A DNA stretch of 64,000 nt, taken from Anaerolineae bacterium (GTDB taxonomy: Bacteria; Chloroflexota; Anaerolineae; B4-G1; DUEL01). Under the pieces are notes generated by a model. The model saw nothing but the letters and a program-made list of their open reading frames with translations, did no database searches and was not told the DNA's origin. Both the position numbers and the translations under genes were made by a program. The stretch spans positions 11,394-75,393 of the forward strand of contig JAFGEI010000148.1 in the NCBI GenBank assembly GCA_016931695.1. Reading direction: 5' to 3'. Below, piece by piece: positions 1 through 10,304 of this stretch (position 1 is the first letter of the stretch; each line of letters begins with the position of its first letter).

Positions 1-834
1 ACTTGCGGCCGCGTTCCGATCCATTGCCGTGCGCAGGCGCCGATATTCGGCGGTTGTGGCGTATCGCCGCAGTTCCTCGATGCGTCGGACGGTCATTGGG
101 TGGGTGCCCAGGACCTCGCCCAGGCCGCTTAAAAAGTGATCGTCCTCCGCTTCGATCCGTGCCACGACTTGCTCTAGTTTCTTTTTTGACATCACTTCTG
201 CCCCCGCTCCGGCTTCCAGCTTGACCAATGCGGAAATCGCCTTGCGCGGGTTGCCGCAGGCCAGCATGCCCGCCCGGTCGGCTGAAAACTCGCAGGCGCG
301 GTTCCACCACAGGAAGGCAATGTTCAAAACGATCGAGGCGGCAAACGGGCTGGGAATCCCGGCCATTCCTCCGACCAACGAGTTGAGCCAGGTGTGGCCG
401 AGGCTGACGTGCCCCAACTCGTGTCCCAGGATGAAGCGAATCTCGTCGGCGTCCATCGCTTCCAGGATGGGGAACTGCAGTACGACCACTTTGGGCGAGG
501 AAAGGCCAAAGGTGTAGGCATTCATCTCCCGGCTCGCGGCGACAAAGACCTGGACCGGGCCGGGCTGGAGTCGATCGACCGATTCCTGGACCAGCGCGGC
601 CAGTGCCGAATTGTTCTGGGGAGTGACCGGATAGGCCTTTTCCAGCAAGGATTGGTGGTGGGAGCGGGTCATGAGAAATGACAGCGCCAACATGGCGGCG
701 ACAAAAATGACGCTCAAGCAGACCGTCGCCGTGGCCGTCACTGCGATGACCAGGAGAACCATGAGCAAGGTGAGGGCCAGGATCACCTGTTCGTGGGGAT
801 ATCGATAGGTGGTTGTACGGAAAACTTTGCGCAT
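1..834 (-). CDS. htpX: Zn-dependent membrane protease HtpX-like (M48 family); C-terminal end cut by window edge
   Basis: Reverse-strand frame from ATG (rc of 832-834) stays open to position 1; HEXXH motif HELGH encoded by rc of 409-426; two N-terminal hydrophobic helices; not in ORF track because it runs off the window. Confidence 0.7.
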   Translation of the reverse strand, partial: MRKVFRTTTYRYPHEQVILALTLLMVLLVIAVTATATVCLSVIFVAAMLALSFLMTRSHHQSLLEKAYPVTPQNNSALAALVQESVDRLQPGPVQVFVAASREMNAYTFGLSSPKVVVLQFPILEAMDADEIRFILGHELGHVSLGHTWLNSLVGGMAGIPSPFAASIVLNIAFLWWNRACEFSADRAGMLACGNPRKAISALVKLEAGAGAEVMSKKKLEQVVARIEAEDDHFLSGLGEVLGTHPMTVRRIEELRRYATTAEYRRLRTAMDRNAAAS

Positions 835-961
835 TGGCAGCGTCGCTCCCTTGTCAGTGTGTAGGGGAGGGCAGTTCGGCTTCCCTCCCCGGCTTGTATT
901 GTAACGGATTTTCGCCGCCCTGTCCAATTCTGCGCTCAAATTCTGGACTGAGTCTGGAGGA

Positions 962-2737
962 ATGAAAATGAGATCGCAATCCCTTTCGCTCGTTTTATTG
1001 TTGCTTTCCTCGGCCATTTGCGCCTCTCCTGTGCCGGGCACGCCGCCTGTCGAGCCGCCTGTTCTCTCTTCCCCCTTGCCCCCGACGGCCCTTGCGTCAC
1101 CTCTCCCGTCCCAGCTTGCCACCTACTATGTCCGCCCGGACGGCGGGACGCCGGAGCAGTGTACGGGCCTGGTCGACGCGCCCTATCCCGGCAGCGGGAC
1201 CTCCCAGCCTTGTGCCTGGGATCATCCCTTCCGCGCCCTGCCGCCGGGAGGGACGCCGCGCATCGCCGGGGGCGATACCCTGGTCATTGGCTCTGGCGAT
1301 TATCGCATGGGCTACGGCGCGCCCGGTGCGGACGCCTGCGACGCCGACTATCCGTGGGATTGCCGCATGCCGCCCATCCCGGCCGGCCTCGACGCTGCCC
1401 ATCCCACGCGCATCCTCGGCGTTGGTTGGGACAGCGGCTGCGACAATGCTCCCGAGCTGTGGGGCGCCGAGCGCGCCGACGCCGTCATCGACCTGACCGG
1501 CGCCGACCACGTCGAGATTGGCTGCCTGGAGATCACCGATCACTCCGGCTGTGTCGAGTTTCACACCGGCGGCCTGGCCTGCGAGCGGGATCGCTACCCC
1601 TATGGCGACTGGGCTGCCGACGGCATTTACGCCGAGGACGCCACAGACGTCTATTTGCACCACCTCGACGTTCACGGCTTTGCCGCTGCTGGCATCCGCG
1701 CCGGTCGGCTGGCGGATTGGACGGTGGAGGACGTGCGCATCGCCGGCAACGGCTGGGTCGGTTGGGAGGGCGATATCGGCGACAGCGCCAACTCGGGCAC
1801 GCTGATCTTTCGCCGCTGGACGGTAGAGTGGAACGGCTGCGCCGAGACCTACCCCGGCGGCGAACCAGCCGGCTGTTGGAGCCAGTCGGCCGGCGGCTAT
1901 GGCGACGGCGTCGGCACAGGCGATACCGGAGGGAACTGGATCATTGAGGATTCCGCCTTTTTGCACAACACTTCCGATGGCCTCGACCTGCTCTACTTGC
2001 GCGAGGGGACGACCTCGGTCGTCATCCGCCGCACGATTGCCGAGGGGAACGCCGGAAACCAGATCAAGGTCAATGGGCCGGCGCAAATCGAGAACGCGAT
2101 CATTGTCGGCAACTGCGGTTATTTTGATGGGCAGCCCTTTACCTACGACGTCGACAACTGCCGTGCTTATGGCAACGCCCTGGCGCTCACCCTGCGGCCT
2201 GGTGACGGGGCCAGCCTGGCCAACAACAGTCTCGCCAGCGAGGGGGACTGCCTGGTGGAGGTGATCTGCGAGGGGGACTGCAATGGCTCAGAGGTCGCCT
2301 GGATGCGCAACAACATTTTCGTCGGCCACGCCGACTTTTTACAGCCTTCCGAGCAGAGCTGTCTGGTCTATCACGAGGGTTTTCCGGGCGATCCGCTGGA
2401 CATTGACTATTCGGTCATCACCGGCACCAAGAACACGCCCCCATGCCCGGGGCCGCACGATCTGTGTGGAATCGATCCCGCACTGGTCGATTGCTCGATC
2501 GACGGTTTCGACGCTCACCTGCAGGCGGGCAGCCCGGCGATCGACGCTGGGACGACCGACGGCGCGCCGCTCGACGATTTCGACCGCCGCTCCCGCGATG
2601 CCCAGCCCGACATTGGCGCCTACGAGTGGTGGGAGGCGTCGGCGCGCTGTTACCTGCCTTTTCAGGCGCTCGCCCCGCTCGCTACAAGGCTCTCATCGCT
2701 GTTTCCTTCTTGCCCTTCCTCCCTAATGCCCGTATAA
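962..2737 (+). CDS. secreted protein with signal peptide; Gly/Asp-rich, probable right-handed parallel beta-helix (pectin-lyase-fold) domain
   Basis: ATG preceded by GGAGGA; N-terminal hydrophobic signal (LSLVLLLLSSAICASP); repeated NxxG/IxxG beta-helix-like segments; 591-aa ORF. Confidence 0.5.
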   Translation: MKMRSQSLSLVLLLLSSAICASPVPGTPPVEPPVLSSPLPPTALASPLPSQLATYYVRPDGGTPEQCTGLVDAPYPGSGTSQPCAWDHPFRALPPGGTPRIAGGDTLVIGSGDYRMGYGAPGADACDADYPWDCRMPPIPAGLDAAHPTRILGVGWDSGCDNAPELWGAERADAVIDLTGADHVEIGCLEITDHSGCVEFHTGGLACERDRYPYGDWAADGIYAEDATDVYLHHLDVHGFAAAGIRAGRLADWTVEDVRIAGNGWVGWEGDIGDSANSGTLIFRRWTVEWNGCAETYPGGEPAGCWSQSAGGYGDGVGTGDTGGNWIIEDSAFLHNTSDGLDLLYLREGTTSVVIRRTIAEGNAGNQIKVNGPAQIENAIIVGNCGYFDGQPFTYDVDNCRAYGNALALTLRPGDGASLANNSLASEGDCLVEVICEGDCNGSEVAWMRNNIFVGHADFLQPSEQSCLVYHEGFPGDPLDIDYSVITGTKNTPPCPGPHDLCGIDPALVDCSIDGFDAHLQAGSPAIDAGTTDGAPLDDFDRRSRDAQPDIGAYEWWEASARCYLPFQALAPLATRLSSLFPSCPSSLMPV

Positions 2738-2771
2738 TTGTCGTCGTCGTTACTTGGCCGGAAGGGTTCCA

Positions 2772-4046
2772 ATGCGTTTCATTCACGCTGCCGATTTTCA
2801 CCTGGGCTACCAGCAGTACGGCTCGAAGGATCGCTTTAACGATTTCAGCCGTGCCTTTTTGCACGTCGTCGAGCAGGCGGTTGACCGACAGGTTGATTTC
2901 GTCCTGCTGGCAGGCGACTTGTTCGAAAAGCGCACCGTCGAGCCGCTGGCGATGCGCGTCGCCGTCGACGGCCTGGATGCGCTGCGCGGGGCAGGAATCC
3001 CGGTCGTTGCCATCGAGGGCAATCACGAACGGCCTTATTATGGCGACCAGTACTCGTGGGTCGATTTTCTCGATGGCCTGGGCTATTTCCGCCTGCTGAC
3101 CCCCCGTTTCGAGGAGGGGCGGGCCATTCTGGAACCCCACGGCGATGCGGGAGGTGCGTACGTCGATCTACCCAGCGGGGTTCGCATCTATGGTATCAAG
3201 TACTATGGTGCGGCCATCGGGCGCGTCGTCCGGCTCTTTGCCGAGGCCCTGGCCGAGATGGATCACGGTGGGGTGGATTTCGTCATCCTGGCCGTTCACG
3301 CCGGACTGGAGGGGCAGATGCCCCGTTACTCGGGCACCCTTGCTCTAAACGACCTGGCCCCGCTGAAAGAGTTCGTCGACTACCTGGCTATGGGCCACAT
3401 TCACAAGCCTTACGCGGTGGATGGCTGGATCTATAACCCCGGTTCGCCCGAGACCTGCAGCATGGAAGAAGTGGCGTGGCCGGAGCGGGGCTATTACCTG
3501 GTCGATGCGAGGCCCGGGCAAGAGCCGACGCACCGGGCCGAGCTGATTGTCCCGCCGCGCCGCCCGTTCTACAGCCTGCCGCTGGAGGTTGATACGCTGA
3601 CTCGGCCGGAGGTGCTTTATGCGGCGGTGCAGGAGCTGATTCGCGGCCGCGGCGACGAGGTCGATCCCCATTCCCGCCCCGTGGTCGAGCTGGTCCTGAA
3701 AGGCGTGCTTTCCTTTAACCGCGCCGACCTCGACCTGGACCACGTCCAGGATTTGCTGGACAAAGCCTGGACGCCGTTGATCAAGCCGCGGGTGCGCAAC
3801 CAGACTCGTCCGGCCGAGTTCGAGATGGTCGTCGAGGCCAAGACCGGCCGCCGCGACCTGGAACGCGCGGTCCTGCGCGAGCTGGTCGGGCAGGACCAGC
3901 GCTATCGCCTGGCTGCCGACGCCTGGACCCGCGTCGCCCTGGAGGTGAAGCGATTGTCGCTGGAGGGCGCGGCCCCAGAAGCGGTGATCGACCTGCTGCG
4001 CCAGTCGCAGGCCGACCTGCTCCCTGAAGAGAAGGAAGCGGGCTGA
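2772..4046 (+). CDS. sbcD: DNA double-strand break repair nuclease SbcD/Mre11 (calcineurin-like phosphoesterase)
   Basis: MRFIHAADFHLG...GDLF...GNHE phosphoesterase motifs; RBS GGAAGG 7 nt upstream of the ATG at 2772 (the ORF track starts 18 nt earlier at 2754); stop overlaps sbcC start (TGATG). Confidence 0.85.
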   Translation: MRFIHAADFHLGYQQYGSKDRFNDFSRAFLHVVEQAVDRQVDFVLLAGDLFEKRTVEPLAMRVAVDGLDALRGAGIPVVAIEGNHERPYYGDQYSWVDFLDGLGYFRLLTPRFEEGRAILEPHGDAGGAYVDLPSGVRIYGIKYYGAAIGRVVRLFAEALAEMDHGGVDFVILAVHAGLEGQMPRYSGTLALNDLAPLKEFVDYLAMGHIHKPYAVDGWIYNPGSPETCSMEEVAWPERGYYLVDARPGQEPTHRAELIVPPRRPFYSLPLEVDTLTRPEVLYAAVQELIRGRGDEVDPHSRPVVELVLKGVLSFNRADLDLDHVQDLLDKAWTPLIKPRVRNQTRPAEFEMVVEAKTGRRDLERAVLRELVGQDQRYRLAADAWTRVALEVKRLSLEGAAPEAVIDLLRQSQADLLPEEKEAG

Positions 4047-6748
4047 TGCGGATCGTGCAGATCGACCTGGAGAACGTCAAGAGCTACTGCCAGGCCAGCG
4101 TTTCGTTTGTTCCCGGCACAAACGCCATCTGCGGCCCCAACGGCGCGGGCAAAAGCACGCTGCTGGAGGCGGTCGGTTTTGTCCTCTTTGACTTTTTGCT
4201 CATGACCCAGGCCCAGTTCGTCCGCGAGGGGGAAAAGGTGGCCTCTGTCGTCGTGCACCTGGCGGACCAGGATGGGCGGATTTACCAGGTGGTGCGCAAG
4301 TGCGGCAGCTATCATCAGTACTATGTCTATGACCCCGAGATCGAGCAAAAGCTGGCAGACGGCAAGGGCGAGGTGCTGGCCTGGTTGTACCAGTTCATGG
4401 ACGTGGAAGAGTCTGTCGACCTGGCGGCTCTTTTCCGCGATGCGGTCGGCGTGCCCCAGGGGCTGCTGACGGCGGTCTTTTTAGACAAGGCGAGCAACCG
4501 CAAGAACACCTTCAACCCCCTCCTGCGCGTCGACGAGTACGAGAGGGCGTGGCAGGCGCTGCGGGAACCCCGCCGGGCGCTGGAGATAGAGATTGGCGTC
4601 CAGGAGCGGCGGATCGCTGCGCTGGAAGCGGAGGCCCGCGCGCTGCCGGGTTGGCAGCAAAAGGTCGCCAGCCTGGAGGCGCAGATTGAAGCGGACGAGG
4701 GACGCCAGATTCAACTGCAGGACGAGCTGGCAGTTGTCGTGCAGCGCAAAACGGCGCTGGATGCGGCCAGGGAGCACATGGAAGAACTGCGACAGGCGGT
4801 GCTGCAGGCCGAGGCGAGCGTTGCGGCGTTGGCAGCACAGCGCTCGGCGGCGCTGGCGGCGGCGGAGCGGGCCCGCGCGGCCCAGGCCGTGGTAGCGGAA
4901 ACCACCGCCGCTTACCAGGCTTACGAGTTGGCCCATTCAGAGTTGGAGCAGCTGGAGCAGCAGCGGGAGGAGCGGGATCGCCTGGCGACCGCGCTGCGGG
5001 ATCGAGAGGCGGAGCTGGCCCTGGTCCGGCAGAGAATCGAGAGGCTGGAGGCGGATATGGCCGCTGTTGCCGCCGCCGAAGCGGAACTCGAGGCGCTGCA
5101 CCCGCGGGTCAAAGAGCAGGAGCGGCTGGAGGAGGCGCTGGCGGATACCCGTCGCGCCGCCGAGCGCCTGTTCCGTGTCGAGCAGGAGCTGGCGGATGCC
5201 CAATCCTTCCTGGTCGACGAGGAGCAAAGGCTGCTGGAGGCTCAGGAGGGCTTGGCCGAACGCCAGCAGATCGAGCACGAGCGCGAGTCCTTGCGCCAGG
5301 AGCTGGCGGCGCTGGACGAGCAGCGCGACAAGTTGGCGCTGCGGGCCGCCGCGCTGCGCGCAGAGGGGGAGCAGTTGGCTGCTCGGATCGCCGCGCTGGA
5401 ACAGGCGGAAGGGGCGCGCTGCCCGCTTTGCGAAGGCCCGCTGACGGCTGCGCATCGCGCCGAGATATTGGAGCGCGATCGCCTGCGGCAGGAAACGGCA
5501 CAGGCCGCGCTGGCCGAGGTGGAGGCGGCCCAGGAGCGGGCGGAGGTGGAGCGTGCGCAGCGGCGAGAAACCCTGCGTTCCCTGGAAGAGCGGCTGGTGA
5601 CGCTTCCCCGCCCGGCTGAGGTGGAGGGGCTGGAGGGGCGGGTTGAGATGCAGCGCGCAGCCGCGCTCCAGGCCGAGGGGGCAGTGACTGAGCTGAGGGA
5701 GGCGCCGGCCGACGTGGAGCGTTTGGCAGCTCAAGTGGACGCCTTGGGCGACCCGCGCCGCGCCGTCCAGCGGGCGTCCGACGTGGCAGCGCGGCGCGCG
5801 CCGCTGCAGGAGCAGTTGGTCGCAGCCGGCGAAGGGAGCGCCGTGCTAACAGGGCAGATTGCTGACCTCGCGGGCTGCCTGGCGGCCTATGCCGGCCTGG
5901 ACGAGCGGCACCGGGAGGTTCGCGCGCTGCTCGATAGGCACGAGGCAGCGCACCGCCGCTACCTGTCGCACTTCCGGGAGGCGGAGGTGCTGTCGGAGCG
6001 GCAGAGCCAGGTCGCCGCGCTGACGCAGGAGCTGGAAGCGCTGCAGGATGATCTGCTTACCCTCTCCGCCGAGCGCGACGAGGCCGCCGCAGCCTACGAC
6101 GCCCCGGCCTACGCCCGGCTTGTCACCGCGTACGACGACCTGCGCGGCGAGGCCGCGGCCTTGGAAGAGCGGGTGCGCCAGCAGCAGGCCCAGCTCGCAG
6201 CGGCCTTGGCCGAGGTGACGCGGCTGCTGGCCGTGCACGTTGAACTGGAGGAGGCCCGCGGCGCGCGCCAGGAGCTGGAACAGTTGCTATCGCTGCTGGA
6301 GGTCGTGCGCCGGGTGTTGCGAGACGCTGGCCCGCTTGTGACCCGCGCCCTGGTGGCGGCTATCTCGCTCCAGGCGGCCCGCCTCTACACCGACATTATG
6401 GGCGACTATGCCGCGCGCCTCCGTTGGAGCGAGGATTACGAGATCATCCTGACTGCCGGCGGCCGGGAGCGGACGTTTCAACAGTTGTCTGGCGGCGAGC
6501 AGATGGCGGCTGCCCTGGCGGTGCGCCTGGCCCTCCTGCGTGAGGTCTCGTCCATCGACCTGGCCTTTTTCGACGAGCCGACGGCCAACCTGGACGACTA
6601 TCGCCGGGATAACCTGGCGGAGCAGATCATGAACGTGCGCGGCCTTTCGCAGCTCTTTGTCATCAGTCACGACGATACCTTTGAGCGGGATACCGACCAC
6701 GTCGTGCGGGTGACCAAGGAAAAAGGCAGCAGCCGGGTCGTAGCTTGA
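4046..6748 (+). CDS. sbcC: DNA repair ATPase SbcC/Rad50 (SMC-like, coiled coil with CxxC zinc hook)
   Basis: Walker A GPNGAGKST at N-terminus; very long Ala/Glu/Leu/Arg coiled coil; zinc hook CPLCEGPL; C-terminal signature LSGGEQ and Walker B LAFFDEP. Confidence 0.85.
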   Translation: MRIVQIDLENVKSYCQASVSFVPGTNAICGPNGAGKSTLLEAVGFVLFDFLLMTQAQFVREGEKVASVVVHLADQDGRIYQVVRKCGSYHQYYVYDPEIEQKLADGKGEVLAWLYQFMDVEESVDLAALFRDAVGVPQGLLTAVFLDKASNRKNTFNPLLRVDEYERAWQALREPRRALEIEIGVQERRIAALEAEARALPGWQQKVASLEAQIEADEGRQIQLQDELAVVVQRKTALDAAREHMEELRQAVLQAEASVAALAAQRSAALAAAERARAAQAVVAETTAAYQAYELAHSELEQLEQQREERDRLATALRDREAELALVRQRIERLEADMAAVAAAEAELEALHPRVKEQERLEEALADTRRAAERLFRVEQELADAQSFLVDEEQRLLEAQEGLAERQQIEHERESLRQELAALDEQRDKLALRAAALRAEGEQLAARIAALEQAEGARCPLCEGPLTAAHRAEILERDRLRQETAQAALAEVEAAQERAEVERAQRRETLRSLEERLVTLPRPAEVEGLEGRVEMQRAAALQAEGAVTELREAPADVERLAAQVDALGDPRRAVQRASDVAARRAPLQEQLVAAGEGSAVLTGQIADLAGCLAAYAGLDERHREVRALLDRHEAAHRRYLSHFREAEVLSERQSQVAALTQELEALQDDLLTLSAERDEAAAAYDAPAYARLVTAYDDLRGEAAALEERVRQQQAQLAAALAEVTRLLAVHVELEEARGARQELEQLLSLLEVVRRVLRDAGPLVTRALVAAISLQAARLYTDIMGDYAARLRWSEDYEIILTAGGRERTFQQLSGGEQMAAALAVRLALLREVSSIDLAFFDEPTANLDDYRRDNLAEQIMNVRGLSQLFVISHDDTFERDTDHVVRVTKEKGSSRVVA

Positions 6749-6792
6749 CGTAGAAACATGAAAAAGCTGTCACCGCTCCTCGGGACGATAGG

Positions 6793-7986
6793 TTGGGGGG
6801 AAAAGTGCTTCATCGTGAAAAAGTGATCGCCGCCCTGGCAGCCAAGGCCGACCGCTTTGTCGGCTACGAGGCGGAGTTGAGCGAGGCGCTGGACGTCTAC
6901 GAAGAGGCCCTGGCCGAACTGGCTCAGCTCAGCTGCGCCGACGTGGCGGCGCGCCTGGGCGACCTGCCCTGGCCTGGCGCCCGACCCACCGTCGAGCACG
7001 ACCGGCACCCGCGTCTCGCCGTGCCCTTTGCGCCCTGTTGGACCAACCACCAGCAGGCGCGGGCGTGGGCGATGGAGGTGCTAAAGGGCCGCCCGACGGT
7101 CGCCGTCGACGGCTCCCAGATCACCCCCAGCCGCGATCTCTCGATCCCGCTGGGTGCGGTGCAGGTTGGGTGGTTTGCCAATCCCCATCACGAGGATCGC
7201 CGCTACGTGAAGGACGTCAGCTTTGAGGTGCTCCCTCCTGACGAGTTGGCGGACGTGGGGCGCGAGGTGTTTGGCTTTCCCGATTGGCAGGTCAACGCCC
7301 GCCGCTTTGTCGGCGAATGTCAAAAGCTGGTGGAGGTGATGGAGGCAGCCCGCGATGCGCCGCTCAAGCCGATCTGTTTCTTTGACGGCTCGCTGATCGT
7401 TTCTTTCGTGGAGCACATGCTGCCGGAGCGGCAAGAGACGTACCTCGAGGCGGTGACCGGGATGCTGGCTGCCTCCGAGAGCTGCCGCGTGCCACTGGTG
7501 GGCTATGTCGACACCAGCTATGCCGGCGACCTGGCCGCAATGCTCGACGCCTTGCTGGGGCGGACGGCCCGCCAACGCATCAGCGACGGGGCCCTGCTCC
7601 GCTCCCGGCTTCAATGGGGCCAGCGGACTACTGCCTGGGTTGCGGCCCGCGATGACCAGGTGCGGCCCCTGGCAGGCGGCAAGTATTACGAACGGGTCGT
7701 CTTTCTCTACCTCAAGACCGCCGCCGACCGTCCGCCAGCCCGCCTCGACCTGCCCCGCTGGTTGCTGGAGGCGGGGGAATTGGAGCAGGTGATGGACGTC
7801 GTGCGGGCAGAGTGCATCGTTGGCAACGGCTATCCCTATGCCGCCGAGGCGGCCGACGCGGTGGCAGTGATTACGGTGCAAGATCGAGAACGGTTCTACC
7901 GCGTGTTTCAAGAATTTGCAGCGCAGCAGGGTATCCCGCTGTGGTTTTCGCGCAAGGCAGCCAGCAAGCGCAGGCGGCGGGTGTAG
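6793..7986 (+). CDS. nurA: NurA-family 5'-3' nuclease
   Basis: TTG start; VAVDGS and FFDGSL Asp motifs and the C-terminal GNGYPYAAEAADAVA motif characteristic of NurA; position between rad50 and herA. Confidence 0.7.
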   Translation: MGGKVLHREKVIAALAAKADRFVGYEAELSEALDVYEEALAELAQLSCADVAARLGDLPWPGARPTVEHDRHPRLAVPFAPCWTNHQQARAWAMEVLKGRPTVAVDGSQITPSRDLSIPLGAVQVGWFANPHHEDRRYVKDVSFEVLPPDELADVGREVFGFPDWQVNARRFVGECQKLVEVMEAARDAPLKPICFFDGSLIVSFVEHMLPERQETYLEAVTGMLAASESCRVPLVGYVDTSYAGDLAAMLDALLGRTARQRISDGALLRSRLQWGQRTTAWVAARDDQVRPLAGGKYYERVVFLYLKTAADRPPARLDLPRWLLEAGELEQVMDVVRAECIVGNGYPYAAEAADAVAVITVQDRERFYRVFQEFAAQQGIPLWFSRKAASKRRRRV

Positions 7987-7999
7987 GAGGAGCAGCGGT

Positions 8000-8596
8000 A
8001 TGCGGATCGGCAAGTTGGTCAAGTCTAATTCCCACGTCGACTATGTCTGCCAGGTCTATGGCCCGGGCGAGGTCGAAAAGCCCCCCGCTCCCGCGGCGTA
8101 TGCTCTGGGCGCCTTTGTCCGCGTCCCCCTGGAGGGCGGCGGCAACCTGGTGGGCCTGGTCCACGACACGGTTTTGCTCAACCCGGATTTCGGCAGCCTG
8201 GGCCCACGTCTCTCCCCCGCGCCTGACCTGGCTGTCTTTTCGCCCGATTACCTGGCGGAACAGGCGACCCTGGTCGGCATCATCGCCGTGGGGATGATCG
8301 ATCCCGGCGGTGCGGTGACCCAGGGCCTGCCGCCCCTGGCGGCCCAGATCGACAGCCTAGTGGAGCGGATGGACGACGACGCGGTGCGCGCCTTTCATCG
8401 CGCGCCGGATGGCGGGGTTCGCCTGGAATACGCGCCGCTGCTGCTGGCCCTGGGCGGCCCGCTGGCGCGCCACCTGCTGCTCCGCCTCGTTGACCGTTTG
8501 GCTGCGCTCTTTCCGGACCAGGCCGCGCCCCTCGCCGTCCTGCGCGGCGAGCTGGCCTGGCAGGCGGTCGTCGGGCCGGTGGGAGGTGGATCGTGA
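8000..8596 (+). CDS. hypothetical protein (198 aa), beta-rich N-terminus resembling a HAS-barrel; co-translated with herA
   Basis: RBS GGAGGAG then ATG at 8000; stop overlaps herA GTG start (GTGA, 8593-8596); N-terminal pattern IGKLV...VGLV resembles the HerA N-terminal barrel; no recognisable catalytic motif. Confidence 0.5.
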   Translation: MRIGKLVKSNSHVDYVCQVYGPGEVEKPPAPAAYALGAFVRVPLEGGGNLVGLVHDTVLLNPDFGSLGPRLSPAPDLAVFSPDYLAEQATLVGIIAVGMIDPGGAVTQGLPPLAAQIDSLVERMDDDAVRAFHRAPDGGVRLEYAPLLLALGGPLARHLLLRLVDRLAALFPDQAAPLAVLRGELAWQAVVGPVGGGS

Positions 8597-10290
8597 GCGG
8601 GGCCAAGCCTGTCGGCACGACCAAGGGCCCGGGCGAGATGCCCCACGAATACCTCTTTATTACCGCCGACCGGGCCGGGACGGCCAAGGCGGGCGAGTTT
8701 GTCTATTATGAAGCACGGGTCGAGGACGAGGTGCGGCGGGTGTTGGGCCGCATCACCGGCCGCCGGCCGGCCCGCCTCTTACCCGACGGGTTTTTGGCCG
8801 ATCCCGACGTGCCGCCCACCGTGTTGGCGGCGATGGTCGGCTATGGCGAACGGGACCACGAACTGTTCGAGATCGCCGTCGGTGTGCTGGGCTACTATGA
8901 TCCACTGCTGGGCGACCTGATCAATCCTCGCCTGCCGCCCCGCGCCGGCACGCCCATCTATGTTGCCGACGACGACATGCTGGCCCGCGTGCTCACCAAG
9001 CGGCAGGCCGGGCAGGTTGGCGCGGCGCACCTCGGCTCGCTGCTCAGCCGCCCGGCGGGCCAGGTGCCCATTGCTGTCGATCTGCGGGCCGTGACCAGCA
9101 CCCACCTGGCGGTCATTGCCAGCACCGGGGCGGGCAAGAGCTACCTGGCGGGGGTGTTGGTCGAAGAGTTGATGGCGCCGCACAACCGCGCCGCCGTCCT
9201 CGTCGTCGATCCCCACGGCGAGTACGATACCTTGACCCAGATGGAGGGGTTGGCGCACTTTGCCGCGCCCGATGGCTACCGCCCGCAGGTCGACGTCATC
9301 CGCCCCGACGACGTCAAGGTGCGCATCTCGACGCTCGAATTGGGCGACCTGCGCTACCTGCTGCCAGACATGTCGGAGCGGATGCACTATGTGCTGGGCC
9401 GGGCGTACGGGATCGCCCGCCGCAAGTTTGGCGAGCACTGGACCCTGGCCCAGCTCCGGCTGGCGGTGCGCGAGGCGGAGGGACAGATCAGCGGCGGGCC
9501 GGAAAAGAGCCCCGAGGAGCAGTTGGCGGAGCTGCAGGGCGACGACTATGGCACCGCCGGGGCGGTGATCTGGCGTCTCAACTCGCGCCTGGAAGGCTCG
9601 CGCATCTTTGACAACCTGGAGAACCTGCCGTTGAACCGCCTCTTTCGCCCCGGCCAGTGCACCGTGCTGCAGCTCAACGAGATCGACCACAAGGAGCAGC
9701 AGGTGATCGTCGCCACGCTGCTGCGGCGCCTGTTGAATGCCCGGATGCGCACTGAAAAGCGTCAGGTGGCGGAGGGGGACGAAAACAACCTGCCCTATCC
9801 CGCCTTTGTGCTGCTGGAAGAGGCGCACAATTTTGCCCCGGCCTCGGCCGACCTGGTCAGTTCCCAGATCCTCAAAAAGATTCTCGCCGAGGGGCGCAAG
9901 TTTGGCGTGGCGGTGGGGCTGATCAGCCAGCGGCCCGGCAAGCTCGACGCCGATGTACTGTCGCAGTGCATGACCCAGTTCATCATGCGCATCGTCAACC
10001 CGGTCGATCAGGCCCGCGTGGCCGAGAGCGTTGAGAGTGTCGGGCGCGATTTGCTGGCCGAGCTGCCGTCCCTTTCCAAGGGCCAGGCCGTCGTTGCCGG
10101 GGCGGCGGTCAATACACCGCTGCTCTGCCGTGTGCGGCAGCGAATCACCGCGCATGGCGCCGAGGACGTGGATGCGCCCGCTCGCTGGGTGGCCTGGTTC
10201 GCGGCGGGCGAGGGCGAATCGCAGGAGCGCGACCAGGCGCTGCCCTTCGAACCGCGGACGCGGGGTCGAGACAAGTTGTTCAAAGAATAA
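8593..10290 (+). CDS. herA: HerA-family hexameric DNA translocase/helicase ATPase (FtsK-HerA superfamily)
   Basis: Walker A IASTGAGKSY, Walker B LLEEAHNF, N-terminal barrel segment (YLFITADRAGTAKAGEFVYYEA), conserved Arg-finger region; directly follows nurA. Confidence 0.75.
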   Translation: MSGAKPVGTTKGPGEMPHEYLFITADRAGTAKAGEFVYYEARVEDEVRRVLGRITGRRPARLLPDGFLADPDVPPTVLAAMVGYGERDHELFEIAVGVLGYYDPLLGDLINPRLPPRAGTPIYVADDDMLARVLTKRQAGQVGAAHLGSLLSRPAGQVPIAVDLRAVTSTHLAVIASTGAGKSYLAGVLVEELMAPHNRAAVLVVDPHGEYDTLTQMEGLAHFAAPDGYRPQVDVIRPDDVKVRISTLELGDLRYLLPDMSERMHYVLGRAYGIARRKFGEHWTLAQLRLAVREAEGQISGGPEKSPEEQLAELQGDDYGTAGAVIWRLNSRLEGSRIFDNLENLPLNRLFRPGQCTVLQLNEIDHKEQQVIVATLLRRLLNARMRTEKRQVAEGDENNLPYPAFVLLEEAHNFAPASADLVSSQILKKILAEGRKFGVAVGLISQRPGKLDADVLSQCMTQFIMRIVNPVDQARVAESVESVGRDLLAELPSLSKGQAVVAGAAVNTPLLCRVRQRITAHGAEDVDAPARWVAWFAAGEGESQERDQALPFEPRTRGRDKLFKE

Positions 10291-10304
10291 TGTGGAGGTG
10301 AACG

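Noticed and set aside
2754-2771. Upstream ATG (MAGRVP) as the sbcD start
   Set aside because: The ATG at 2772 has a properly spaced GGAAGG RBS and yields the conserved MRFIHAADFHLG N-terminus typical of SbcD/Mre11. The upstream ATG lacks an RBS.
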